A stretch of 64,000 nt of DNA, from contig NC_068994.1 of NCBI RefSeq assembly GCF_001194135.2, positions 33,246,099 through 33,310,098 of the forward strand, written 5' to 3'. Both the position numbers and the translations under genes were made by a program. Positions 1-9,857 of the stretch are shown here, piece after piece. This DNA comes from Octopus bimaculoides (Eukaryota). The notes below the pieces were generated by a model. That model was given only the letters and a program-made list of their open reading frames with translations, did no database searches and was not told the origin of the DNA. Position 1 is the first letter of the stretch; each line of letters opens with the position of its first letter.

Positions 1-122
1 GCACACATACACATATTCCATCTCCCAGATTTACCCACAGAATACCAAATATACCTTAGAGTACATTTGGTATTCTAAGGTATGAAAAGTTGTAAAAGAG
101 ATAGAAAAAAAACCGCTCCATG

Positions 123-449
123 GCTAAGTCATGGGAAGACTTCGGGGTTAAGCTGGATTGTGACATCAGATAAGTCAATAAAGTGTTTTGGTAGAGCACC
201 TACCAACCTTGTAATAAGAAGCCCTCTTCCACACCTGCCATTAGAAGCTTGGTTGGGGGTCTCCCTGCAGAGAAGAGCATCCCTGGGCAGGAGAGAGAGA
301 GTATGTTGCTGATCCTAAACTGAGTCACCATAAAATCTTCTGGTGGACATAAGGTACATCTAGGGTTAAAGACTAACCTCACAGAGGCAGAAGTCATAGA
401 GGCAATTAAAGCACTCAAGTGAGGTAAGGTGGCTCGATAGGATGAAATT
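123..449 (+). mobile_element. RTE-clade (Expander-like) LINE ORF2 fragment, endonuclease-RT linker, pseudogenised
   Basis: One frame reads AKSWEDFGVKLDCDIR*VNKVFW*...NLTEAEVIEAIKALK*GKVAR*DEI. This matches the WEEFG...NK.FW linker and the IT..EV..AIK.LK.GKA.G.DEI pre-RT motif; it has several stops. Confidence 0.75.
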
Positions 450-463
450 TAGTAGCTTTATGC

Positions 464-923
464 TTTACTTCTTTAAGTCAATGGGCTGTGGCCAAGCAGG
501 GGCACTGCCTTGAAGGGTTTATTTAGTTGACCAAATCAACTCCACTACTTATTTTTTTTTTTAAAGTCTGCTACTGTACTTATTTTATCCAGCTCTTTTG
601 ATGAATGATTAAGTTTTAGGGACGTGAACAAACCAACATCGGTTATCAAGTTATCAAGCAGTGGGCAAGGAACAAACTTAAACACACACACACACACACA
701 TGCACACACACACACACATACACACATAAACAAACACACACAAACACACACACACATACATGCACACACACACACACACACATATTCCATCTCCCAGATT
801 TATCCACAAAGCATTGGTCAACTCAAGACTAAAGTAGAAGACATTTGTGGAAGGTGATTCATAGCGGGACTGAACCTGAAACCATGTGGTTGCATAGAAA
901 GCTTCTTAACCACACAGCCATAC
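464..923 (-). mobile_element. SINE family A variant (tRNA head, internal CA tract), degraded
   Basis: The reverse complement of the GGCTGTGTGGTTAAGAAGC...GGTTTCAGGTTCAGTCCC head lies at 860-923. The body ACCAACATCGGTTATCAAG is shared with other family A copies. Confidence 0.7.
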
Positions 924-1514
924 CCATTCCTCATCCAATGTTCCCTGCTTTATTTTTCTTTCTTTTTTTTTTTAGTTTTGTTTTGTTTAGTTTTTAAGCT
1001 AACAAAGTTTATCGATATTTGATGGAGTCTTGACTGCTATTTCTAACATATCAATTGACCACGTTGAAGAATCCTTTGTTGGTTTATGAAGCTCCATATA
1101 CCTACATCAACAGTGAAGCGAATTTCCATTGTTTAGTTAACAGTGAACTATCCATGCATGATTCAAATTGGTTGAATTAACCTGAGAACATGCACATTAA
1201 TATCTTTATACATGTCGAATGCATGAATGGACACACATGTGCTGACAACTCTTTTAGAAACGTCGGACCTTTACACATTGTCTACGCAAAACACAATTGC
1301 TTTGTTCCTGCTTTGGGCTTCTTTTATTTTTTGCTTTATGTATTTTTTATTAGATATTTGTTTTTTATTAGATTCTACAGAATTTCTTCAGCTTCCTATT
1401 GAATGAAAATATAATCCCTTCCTCCTCTCTCATCACTGTCATTCTTTCTCTTTCCCTTCTACTCTTTCCATTCCCTAACTCTCATCACCACCCTCTCCCT
1501 CATCTCTCACCACT

Positions 1515-1915
1515 ACCCTTCCTCTCTCCTCCTTCCTCTCTCCTCCTTCCTCTCTCCTCCTTCCTCTCTCCTCCTTCCTANNNNNNNNNNNNNNNNNNNN
1601 NNNNNNNNNNNNNNNNNNNNNNNNNNNNNNNNNNNNNNNNNNNNNNNNNNNNNNNNNNNNNNNNNNNNNNNNNNNNNNNNNNNNNNNNNNNNNNNNNNNN
1701 NNNNNNNNNNNNNNNNNNNNNNNNNNNNNNNNNNNNNNNNNNNNNNNNNNNNNNNNNNNNNNNNNNNTCCTTCCTCTCTCCTCCTTTCTCTCTCCTCCTT
1801 CCTCTCTCCTCCTTCCTCTCTCCCCTTCCTCTCTCCTCCTTCCTCTCTCCTCCTTCCTCTCTCCTCCTTCCTCTCTCCTCCTTCCTATCTCCTCCTCGTC
1901 TCTCCTCCTTCCTCT
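1515..1915. repeat. CT-rich minisatellite (about 14-bp CCTTCCTCTCTCCT units) spanning an N gap
   Basis: Direct inspection. Confidence 0.85.
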
Positions 1916-1961
1916 CCCTGTCTTGCTCTTCTCAATTATTCATCACCATTCTTTGTTTTCG

Positions 1962-2047
1962 CTATTGTTGTTGTTGTTGTGCAACCTCGTCAATTATGAT
2001 TGAGCAGAACTACGATCAAAGACTCACCATCTATGACCGTCCGGCCA
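1962..2047 (-). mobile_element. Repeat family F 3' end with (AAC)n tail
   Basis: GATTGAGCAGAACTACGATCAAAGAC next to (TTG)n. Similar to 6782-6850 and to the reverse complement of 16070-16120. Confidence 0.5.
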
Positions 2048-2379
2048 CTTTTTTTTCCTTTTTTGTTTTCTGTTTTTTTTTTCCAGGCACAGGGCACTCT
2101 GGACAATTCTCTTCAATGTGTCATGTTTATTTTTTTTTTTAGATATGCTATGATGTAGTTTGAGCAAAATTTCGGCATTATTTCTAGCAGACTGAATGAC
2201 CACATAAGAGCCCTTTCATTTTGACTCAACATCATTGATTGTCACATAACAAACATTATAACATTCTGTCGTTTCATTATGTTTCACTACATTATTCTCT
2301 TTCTAGATGCATTCTTTTGCAATAAATATATGTTGGTCATCAGACAAAAAAAAAAAAAAAGGCAAAAAATCATACATAT

Positions 2380-2702
2380 AGGTGCAGGAGTGACTGTGTG
2401 GTAAGTAGCTTGCTTACCAACCACATGGTTCTGGGTTCAGTCCCACTGCATGGCACCTTGGGCAAGTGTCTTCTACCGTAGCCTCAGGCCGACCAAAGCC
2501 TTGTGAGAGGATTTGTTAGATGGAAACTGAAAGAAGCCTGTCATACATATATATATATATATATCTACATATATACATATGTATGTATATGTTTGTGTGT
2601 CTGTGTTTGTCCCCTCACCATCGCTTGACTACCAATGTTGGTGTGTTTATGTCCCTGTAACTTAGCAGTTTGGCAAAAGAGACTGATAGAATAAATACTA
2701 GG
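2380..2702 (+). mobile_element. SINE family A, 3' truncated by a Tx1 fragment
   Basis: A-box-like TGACTGTGTGG, B-box-like GGGTTCAGTCCC, GGCACCTTGGGCAAGTGTCTTCT body and internal (TA)/(TG) tract. Confidence 0.9.
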
Positions 2703-2937
2703 CCATGGTAAAAGAGGTTGTATGGTGGATGAGATTGAAGGGGCTGAAGACAAATACTTTTCTATTTGGTCAATCCGATGGATGAAAGTGGTAGGAATGG
2801 GGCGAGTGAACAGGCCTGCCCTGAGCATATGCCAGTAGTTGGAAAAAGGAAAGGAAAAAAAGGTACCTGTCCCAAGAGTCAGCCCTCAACCTCTTGGCAA
2901 AGGAAAACTGCTTTGCCTGCCCGATTGAGGAGTACAC
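2703..2937 (+). mobile_element. Rearranged L1/Tx1 LINE 3' fragment
   Basis: AMVKEVVWWMRLKGLKTNTFLFGQ matches AVAKEVVWWTRLKGIRTNTFLFGR near 3590. Bases 2901-2937 are an inverted copy of about 3540-3575. Confidence 0.75.
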
Positions 2938-2941
2938 ATTG

Positions 2942-2991
<50 letters not shown>

Positions 2992-3203
2992 TCTTTCTTT
3001 CTTTCTTTCCTTCTTTCTTTCTCCCTTTTTCTTTTAAATTTTGTTAGTCTTGTTTACATGCAAAACGCTGTCAACAGCACACACTCGCACACAAACATAC
3101 ACACATACATTGTTTTGTCCCGTGCTATCCATAATGTTTTTCTTAATGTAAACCCTTGTGGTTAATAAAGAAATCATTATTATTATTGTTATTATTATTA
3201 TTT

Positions 3204-4123
3204 CAGTGGCAGGGAAGTGTGACGACGTTCTTGGGGAGACTTTGGACGCTAACAAGAATGAACTGGTTAGTCTATTTCGGAGGACTTTCCAGTCAGAAAC
3301 TATCACGGATAGTTTCCAGATGTCCTTGGCCTGGTAGTGTTACCAAGGGATAAACTCTACAGGGGTGGATGTGCTGTCAGACGGGCTTGTCCCAGAGGCA
3401 TGCAAAGTGATGAAATTATGCTGCATGCCCTTGTTCAGTGTCTGGGCATTACTTATTCGTGGGGTTATGTCGAACAGCTGCTGTCACATGTGGGATGGAT
3501 CTGTCGGTCGACCGAGTCTGTAGTGATGATCGCACCGTCGCCCTCCTTCAATCGGGCAGGCAAAGCAGTATTCCTTTGCCTGGTGGCTGTGGCAAAAGAG
3601 GTTGTTTGGTGGACAAGACTGAAAGGCATAAGAACAAATACATTCCTCTTTGGTAGAGCTCTCATTGACTTCTTGAAGTTTCACTTGTAAAGGAAATTGA
3701 GAGTGGAGAGGGAAGTGCTGTACTCGAGTGAGTTTACTGAAAGGTGGGTGAAAGTTGAGAAAATGGCAAGAGTGGACGGTACCTCTCTAAGTGTAGAACT
3801 GTGAGTCAGAGAGAAGGAATTGGAGAGGGCACTTGCTCCTGGGGTTTCAGGTAAATCTCAGACAGTGGGGTTCCTCACTTATCCCTAGAGGCCTTCCTGT
3901 ATCAGAAGGGCCAGATCTCTATCATCCTCCTTGCCACTTTTTTTTAAACCTTTGTATGCTATGCGTATGTCCCTTCTTTTTCAGTGTATACCATGCATAC
4001 TTACTTTCTTTCCTTCATTTTTTATTTTATTTTTTTATCATTTTGTTATATGTAAACCCCCCACAATTGATATCTGTCTTTGTATTGTCCTCCCTCATCC
4101 TTCGTCCTTGTGGCAAATAAATG

Positions 4124-4154
<31 letters not shown>

Positions 4155-4160
4155 TATTAT
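3204..4160 (+). mobile_element. L1/Tx1-clade LINE 3' end (C-terminal CCHC region, 3' UTR, (ATC)n tail), pseudogenised
   Basis: FQMSLAW*CYQG, frameshift, RDKLYR...CPRG..DEIMLHALVQC..W..V..LL...AKEVVWWTRLKG...F.ERWVKV. Stop at 3802-3804, then AAATAAATGAAAT(CAT)n. Confidence 0.85.
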
Positions 4161-4289
4161 TATTCCAGCCACCGCTGCCACCACCACCATCATCATTCAC
4201 ATCATTATCATTGTTATTGTTGCTGTTATTGTTGTTGCCTGCATCGTTGTTGTTGTTATTATTCTTAGCTGAGACATACAGACAATGTG

Positions 4290-4835
4290 ACTGTATGAAA
4301 AGCAATAAATTTATTATTGCCGTGGCAGTGAAAATTCTTCCAAGAAATTGGATTAGATTCGGACAAACTAAAGGTAGCCAGAGCAGCAACCAAAATGGAC
4401 ATGGTGATGGTGCACAAGTCAACCATAGAGTACAACTATAAAGGCATGCTCTTACACAGACAACACTTTCATGAACTGAATAGCCCACACATACATGCAT
4501 ACATACATACATACATACATACATACATACATACATACATACATACACACACATACACACACACACACATATATATATATAAACTATATCAAAACTGACC
4601 TGGACGAACAAAATTGGTTTGAATGAGACAAAAGATGTTGGAAATATTTGCCATCATAAACGAGCAGGCCATTTCTACAAGATATATTGAAAGGAGAATA
4701 TCTATATGTCATACAAAATTGAGGTCAAATGTCACTGGTGTCATGTGTTTTGGGAAACAATAGACCATATTGAGTGAAGACGTCCTACAATGTCTCTCCC
4801 ACAAAAATTAACTTGGAGATGCAATAGAGTAGCAA
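4290..4835 (+). mobile_element. R4/Dong-clade LINE post-RT fragment, copy 1
   Basis: LLHRQHFHELNSPH (LHGQ...L..PH motif), IFAIINEQAISTRY, KCHWCH..WETIDHI and WRCNRVAKQL. A (CATA)n/(CA)n tract interrupts it at about 4490-4580. Confidence 0.7.
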
Positions 4836-5089
4836 AACAGCTTTGTGTGTTCCTGGTCATTTTCCTTTATAGTAGAAAAGTCCCCTTTAATCGTTATCTA
4901 TTTATTACTGTATCAAAAATGTGTTGCAGCAGAAAGACAAATGTTGAATTTTCATGTTTTTTTTTTTGCTTCCATATATGTTGCTAAGTCAATGGGTTCG
5001 AAGAAGAATTATAGAAAGAAAGGAAAGGGTAGAGAAGGAGGAAGTGAAGAGTTGAAGGTGAGTGGACGTACGTGGAATGTTTGAAAGGG

Positions 5090-5945
5090 AAGCTGAGAAT
5101 GTGAAGACTGAGCATTCATAGAAGATGACTAGGGAGAAGAGATATAAAGTGGCAAATGGAAAACAAAAAGTCTCCTTAATGTAACTCAGAACCAGACCCT
5201 TGTGACAAGCTCAATAAAGAAGTCTGTCTAAAAAATGGCCAAAAGTGCTGCTTGTGTGAAAAAAGATGTTGAGAGCGTAACACATGCTGCTTTTAAGTTT
5301 TTGCACAAAGCCAGCAAGTTCAGGGGCGTGGGGTAAGTCAATTACATTGACCCCAGTGCTCAACTGGTACTTACTTTATCAACTCTCAAAGGATGAAAGG
5401 CAAAGTCAACCTTGGTGAAATTTTAACTCAGAATGAAAAGACGGACAAAGTGCTGCTAAGCATTTTGCCCAGCCTTTTAATGATTCTGCCAGTTTGCTAC
5501 CTTGGAGAGTGAGTCACATAATGTCAATGCATGTGGGATGCTTGTACAACATGAATACAAAACTGATGAGACAGAGAAAGTCAGTACATTCAGTGGAGAC
5601 TCCATAAGTATTTTGGATTAGAAGTACATAAAAAATTATTATGAATGCAGGACAGAACCAGTCATGGAGTGCTAAAATTCTGTAGGGTTTTAAGATACAA
5701 AGTGATTGAATACAGACAATCAGATGTCCAATTGGTTGGTAAAGAGTCTCAGAAAACTTTTGTTATTGACATAGCATTCCCAGATGACCATAATGTAGCA
5801 GTTAAGGAAGTTGTGAAGATTACCAACTATGCAAAGTTGATGGTGAAGCTAGAAAGACTGAGGAACACCAGAACTAAATTCATTCCAATAGTGGTAGAGG
5901 AGCACTAGGATCCATCCCAAAAGACCTGCCACAATTCCTTATCCG
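5090..5945 (+). mobile_element. R4/Dong-clade LINE C-terminus with CCHC finger and restriction-like endonuclease, copy 2
   Basis: QNQTLVTSSIKK..KCCLCEKDVESVTH, then a SINE insert, then VNACGMLVQHEYK, YIQWRLHKYFGL and IEYRQSDVQLVGKESQKTFVIDIAFPDDHNVAVKEVVKITNY...IPIVV/GALGSIPK. Confidence 0.85.
5286..5504 (-). mobile_element. SINE family E inserted in the R4 LINE
   Basis: Reverse complement of the CTGGCAGAATC...GAGTTAAAATTTC...GACTTTGCCTTTCATCCTTTG body. Degenerate 15-bp flanking duplication at 5271-5285 and 5505-5519. Confidence 0.85.
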
Positions 5946-6040
5946 ACTTAATATCATTTATAATATCAATTTAAAATTTTGGCACAAAGCCAGCAATTTG
6001 GGGATAGGGGATCAGTCAGTTATGTTGACCCCCGCCCCCA

Positions 6041-6199
6041 GTTCCGGGTTCATTCCCACTGCGTGGCACCTTGGCCAAGTGTCTTCTACTATAGCCTCGG
6101 GCCGACCAAAGCCTTGTGAGTGGATTTGGTAGGCAGAAACTGAAAGAAGCCCGTCGTATATATGTATATATATGTATGTATATATATATGTGTGTGTGT

Positions 6200-6239
<40 letters not shown>

Positions 6240-6443
6240 CTCTGTGTTTGTCTGCCCCAACATCGCTTGACAACCGATGCTGGTGTGTTTACGTCTCCCT
6301 AATTTAGTGGTTCGGCAAAAGAGACCGATAGAATAAGTACTAGGCTTACAAAGAATAGGTCCTGGGTTCGATTTGCACGATTAAAGGTAGTGCTCCAGCA
6401 TGGCCACAGTCAAATGACTGAAACAAATAAAAGAGTAAAAAAG
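6041..6443 (+). mobile_element. SINE family A (5' clipped)
   Basis: High identity to other family A copies; ends in CAGCATGGCCACAGTCAAATGACTGAAACAAATAAAAGAG. Confidence 0.92.
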
Positions 6444-6508
6444 TAATCTATTACAACACATTGACATGAATTTATAGTTTATTGCATTGGTTCCACATAA
6501 ACTTGGGT

Positions 6509-6760
6509 GGAGACATATGGTTTAGTGGTTAGGGTGTAGGACTCATGATCATAAGATTGTAGTTTTGATTACCAAACCAGGCAATGGGTTGTGTTCTTGA
6601 GCAAGATACTTAATTTCATATTGTTCTAGTCCATTCAGCTGGGAAAATCAAGTAATCCTGCGATGGACTGGCGTCCCATCCAGGTGGGGAATATACACGT
6701 CATGAACCGAGAAACCAGCCCTTATGAGTCAGCATGACTTGAGAAAGTAACTTTACTTTT
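6509..6760 (+). mobile_element. SINE family B (tRNA head)
   Basis: TGGTTTAGTGG A-box, TTGTGTTCTTGAGCAAG central block and CCTGCGATGGACTGGCGTCCCATCCAGG block. Confidence 0.85.
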
Positions 6761-6781
6761 AAATAAACTTGGTCAAAGTTT

Positions 6782-6900
6782 AACCCTGGGACAACCCCTA
6801 TCAAGCAGATTTATGATCAGTAGCATTCCATCAGTGACTCGCTATGACTATTTAAAACTACTATGGACTATAATGTCTGTTGTGTCTATCTTTTTGTTTA
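6782..6900 (-). mobile_element. Repeat family F, degraded
   Basis: ATCAAGCAGATTTATGATCAGTAGCATTCC matches the reverse complement of GGAATGCTTTTGATCATGG at about 16080-16100. Confidence 0.45.
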
Positions 6901-7073
6901 TGATGGTAAGATTTTTATTTGTTTATCATGCATTTTATTTGTTCCACTGCATTTATGAGAGTGATAATGCTATGGGGTTATCTGTACAACTCAGGGGAAT
7001 AAATACCACAAAACAGTTTTGGTTTGATGCATGAAATTATCAACAATCTCGTTCCAGTGTTTGCCCACATATA

Positions 7074-7412
7074 TTGGGTCATCCCATGAATAATGTTTTT
7101 TTCAATTGCATGAACTAAAAGTCAGAAGGGAACAGGATAAACTACCTTCATCAACTTGTTATAAAAGCAGGTAGTAATTTTACCTCGTACTTATTCTTAG
7201 TGCAAGTTTTGAAGAGTGCAGTTTGATTTTAACAGTTATTTTTTCAAAGCTATAATGGAAGTGACAAAGGAGCATATTCAGCATATTTTGCTTTATGCCT
7301 TCAATAAAGTCAACAATGCAACTGAATGTGCAAGGAATATTAATGCAGTATATGGGGATCAGACAATAAGTGTAAGCCAGTGTCAACGGTGGTTTCAGAA
7401 ATTCTGAGCCAG
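7074..7412 (+). mobile_element. Mariner transposon 5' fragment (left TIR plus N-terminal HTH of the transposase)
   Basis: TA|TTGGGTCATCCCAT end. ATG at 7253 gives MEVTKEHIQHILLYAFNKVNNATECARNINAVYGDQTISVSQCQRWFQKF, a Mos1/Hsmar1-like HTH. Confidence 0.9.
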
Positions 7413-7501
7413 ATGTATGTATGTATGTATGTATGTATGTATGTATGTATGGGCATATTTGTTTTTATATATATGTGAATATATATAGATAGCTAAAGAG
7501 A

Positions 7502-7561
<60 letters not shown>

Positions 7562-7616
7562 AAGAGACATTGATATAGATATTGATGTAGGTAGAGAGAT
7601 TGATATAGATAGATGA

Positions 7617-7780
7617 AGGCAGATAGCATCAGGCTTACAATTGTGAGGTTGAGAATTTAATTCTTGTACCAGACTGTGTTGTGTTTCTTAAGCAAAACAC
7701 TTTATTCTACATTGCTCCAGTTCACACTTTCCAGATGCAATCCCATGGTCATTTGTGACCAAAGGGGATTTTTACCCTTA
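7617..7780 (+). mobile_element. SINE family C, internally deleted
   Basis: The central block GTTGTGTTTCTTAAGCAAAACACTTT joins directly to the tail GATGCAATCCCATGGTCATTTGTGACC. Confidence 0.6.
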
Positions 7781-7860
7781 GATAGACAGATAGATAGATA
7801 GACAGACAGACAGATACATGTGTGTGTATTTACATATCTATTAATGGTGGAACGAGATGA

Positions 7861-7965
7861 TCACATTATCCAGTCTATCCTTTTGCAAGATGGTAGTCTG
7901 TGATTCAAGGTAGATTTGATTGTTGTTTCTAACAGGGCAAGCAACAATGCAGAGGAACCATCATA
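7861..7965 (-). mobile_element. Repeat family F body
   Basis: GATTCAAGGTAGATTTGATTGTTGTTTCTAAC resembles GACTTGAGGTAAATTTGGCTGCTATTTCTAG (about 21075) and the segment near 1030. CACATTATCCAGT matches the reverse complement of ATTGGATAATGTAG (16022). Confidence 0.5.
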
Positions 7966-8389
7966 GACCTGACCTCCCTTGTAGCTTAGTAAGGTGTTGA
8001 GAAGTCTATGATGCAGTTCCATGGTTCTCAGATCTATATTCTTCATTTGGCTGTGCTAACCATTGGCTAAATTGGATTCTTCACTTGACAAATATTCAAC
8101 TAATAGAAGCTGATCAAGTAAAAAGATAAACAACTTGACCTTTAGGTCAAAGGTCAAACACGTTTTGACATGGGTTGAAGCCATATATGTCTTGTGTATT
8201 GTATGTTGTTCGTGTTTTGTGTTGTTGTGTGGTGTGTTGAGGATTATGAGTTGTGAGTTGTTAGTTGCTTGTAGCTATAGATGTTGAAATGGCAGTATAC
8301 AGTATACACTGTGTATACTGTATGTTTGTATGTGTGTATACACACATATATATTTATATGTATCAGAACGTGTGGGTGTATTTGTGCAT

Positions 8390-8439
<50 letters not shown>

Positions 8440-8635
8440 ATGTGTGTGTGTGTGTGTGTAAGTGTGTTTCTTGTGTGTGTATATGAGTGTGAATTACTGG
8501 AAGTTAGAAGATGGAAGAGGAAATGAAATGAATGATGGAGGAGGAGATGATAGAAATTGAAAAAAAAAGAAGCAAGGGAGTGAGGAAGAGAGAAAGGGAA
8601 AGAGAGAGAGAAGGGGAGAGATGGAGAGAAAGAGC

Positions 8636-8673
<38 letters not shown>

Positions 8674-8734
8674 AGAGAGAGTGAAATAGAAGAAGTAAAT
8701 GAAAATGTGAGAGACAGAAAGAAATCAGATAAAT

Positions 8735-8787
<53 letters not shown>

Positions 8788-8792
<5 letters not shown>

Positions 8793-9040
8793 CTCTCTTT
8801 TATTGGCCACACAGGGATGCACACAGAGTGGACAAATAAATTGTAGAGCTTTTCTTTTAGAAAAAAAAAATCCGATCAAAAGGGATTGTTAAAAAAAAAG
8901 AAGCCATCAAAAGGGATCGTGTATCACAGAAAATGTTTAAGGTGTAAAAAAGGTAACATTAGGTTTATCCATGGAGAGAAAAGCCTATGGAAAAGACGAC
9001 GGCAACCTCACCAGGGAATAGACACATGAGAGCAAGGTGC
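8788..9040 (-). mobile_element. Probable L1/Tx1-type 3' UTR ending in an (ATCT)n tail
   Basis: The reverse complement ends TTTGTCCACTCTGTGTGCATCCCTGTGTGGCCAATAAAAGAGAG, similar to the Tx1 tail at 4070-4127. The internal GATACACGATCCCTTTTGAT recurs at 58277-58344. Confidence 0.5.
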
Positions 9041-9097
9041 TCTCTCTCTCTCTTTTTTTTTATTTTTCTTGATTTACAGGATCATGTTCAAAGAGGT

Positions 9098-9167
<70 letters not shown>

Positions 9168-9203
9168 CGAAATAGATAGATAGATAGATAGATAGATAGA
9201 TTG

Positions 9204-9242
<39 letters not shown>

Positions 9243-9857
9243 GATATATAGATACATACATACATAAAGAAAGTGAGAGAGAAAAGAATATAAATAAATA
9301 GAAAGATAAGTCTACAAGTTAAAATGAAATAAAGAGTAAAGTGATGAGGCAATGATATGGAATGGAGAAATCATGAAACTTAGAGTGTGTGATAATGGAA
9401 AAGAGAGAGTAATAGTTGATGACAGCGAGCGAGAGAATGGGGTGGAGATGGAAAGGTGATAGGAAACAGAAGTGTGGCAAAAGCTGGTAAAGCTGAAAAA
9501 CTGCCAAACCCCACTCAATGCACATCAGCACACTCCCTACTTTCTCAATAAAGGATACTGATAATGGCATCATGGTCCCTTCCTGTATATATGGAAACAA
9601 TGTGTTAGTCACAACTGGAATGTCGTTGATTGTAAACCTGACTATAAACCTTGATCATAAACCTGCAAGGATATTCAGATCTGCATGTACGAAGTTACTT
9701 GACCTATGAGTAAGAGAAGCCAGATCTAATTCTCTGTGCCATAACAAGATCATAAAACTGGTTTCCCTTAGGAACTCCTTTCTACTAATGTTTTTGTTAT
9801 TGGAGCTGAATCTGTAGTAGAATTAGAAATGAAATTCTTTGTGCGGAATCAAAAATC

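Noticed and set aside
1240-1270. CTGACAA...GAAACGTC hammerhead-like string
   Set aside because: No stem I or stem II pairing.
7861-8046. 61-aa minus-strand ORF
   Set aside because: It overlaps repeat family F; no domain motif.
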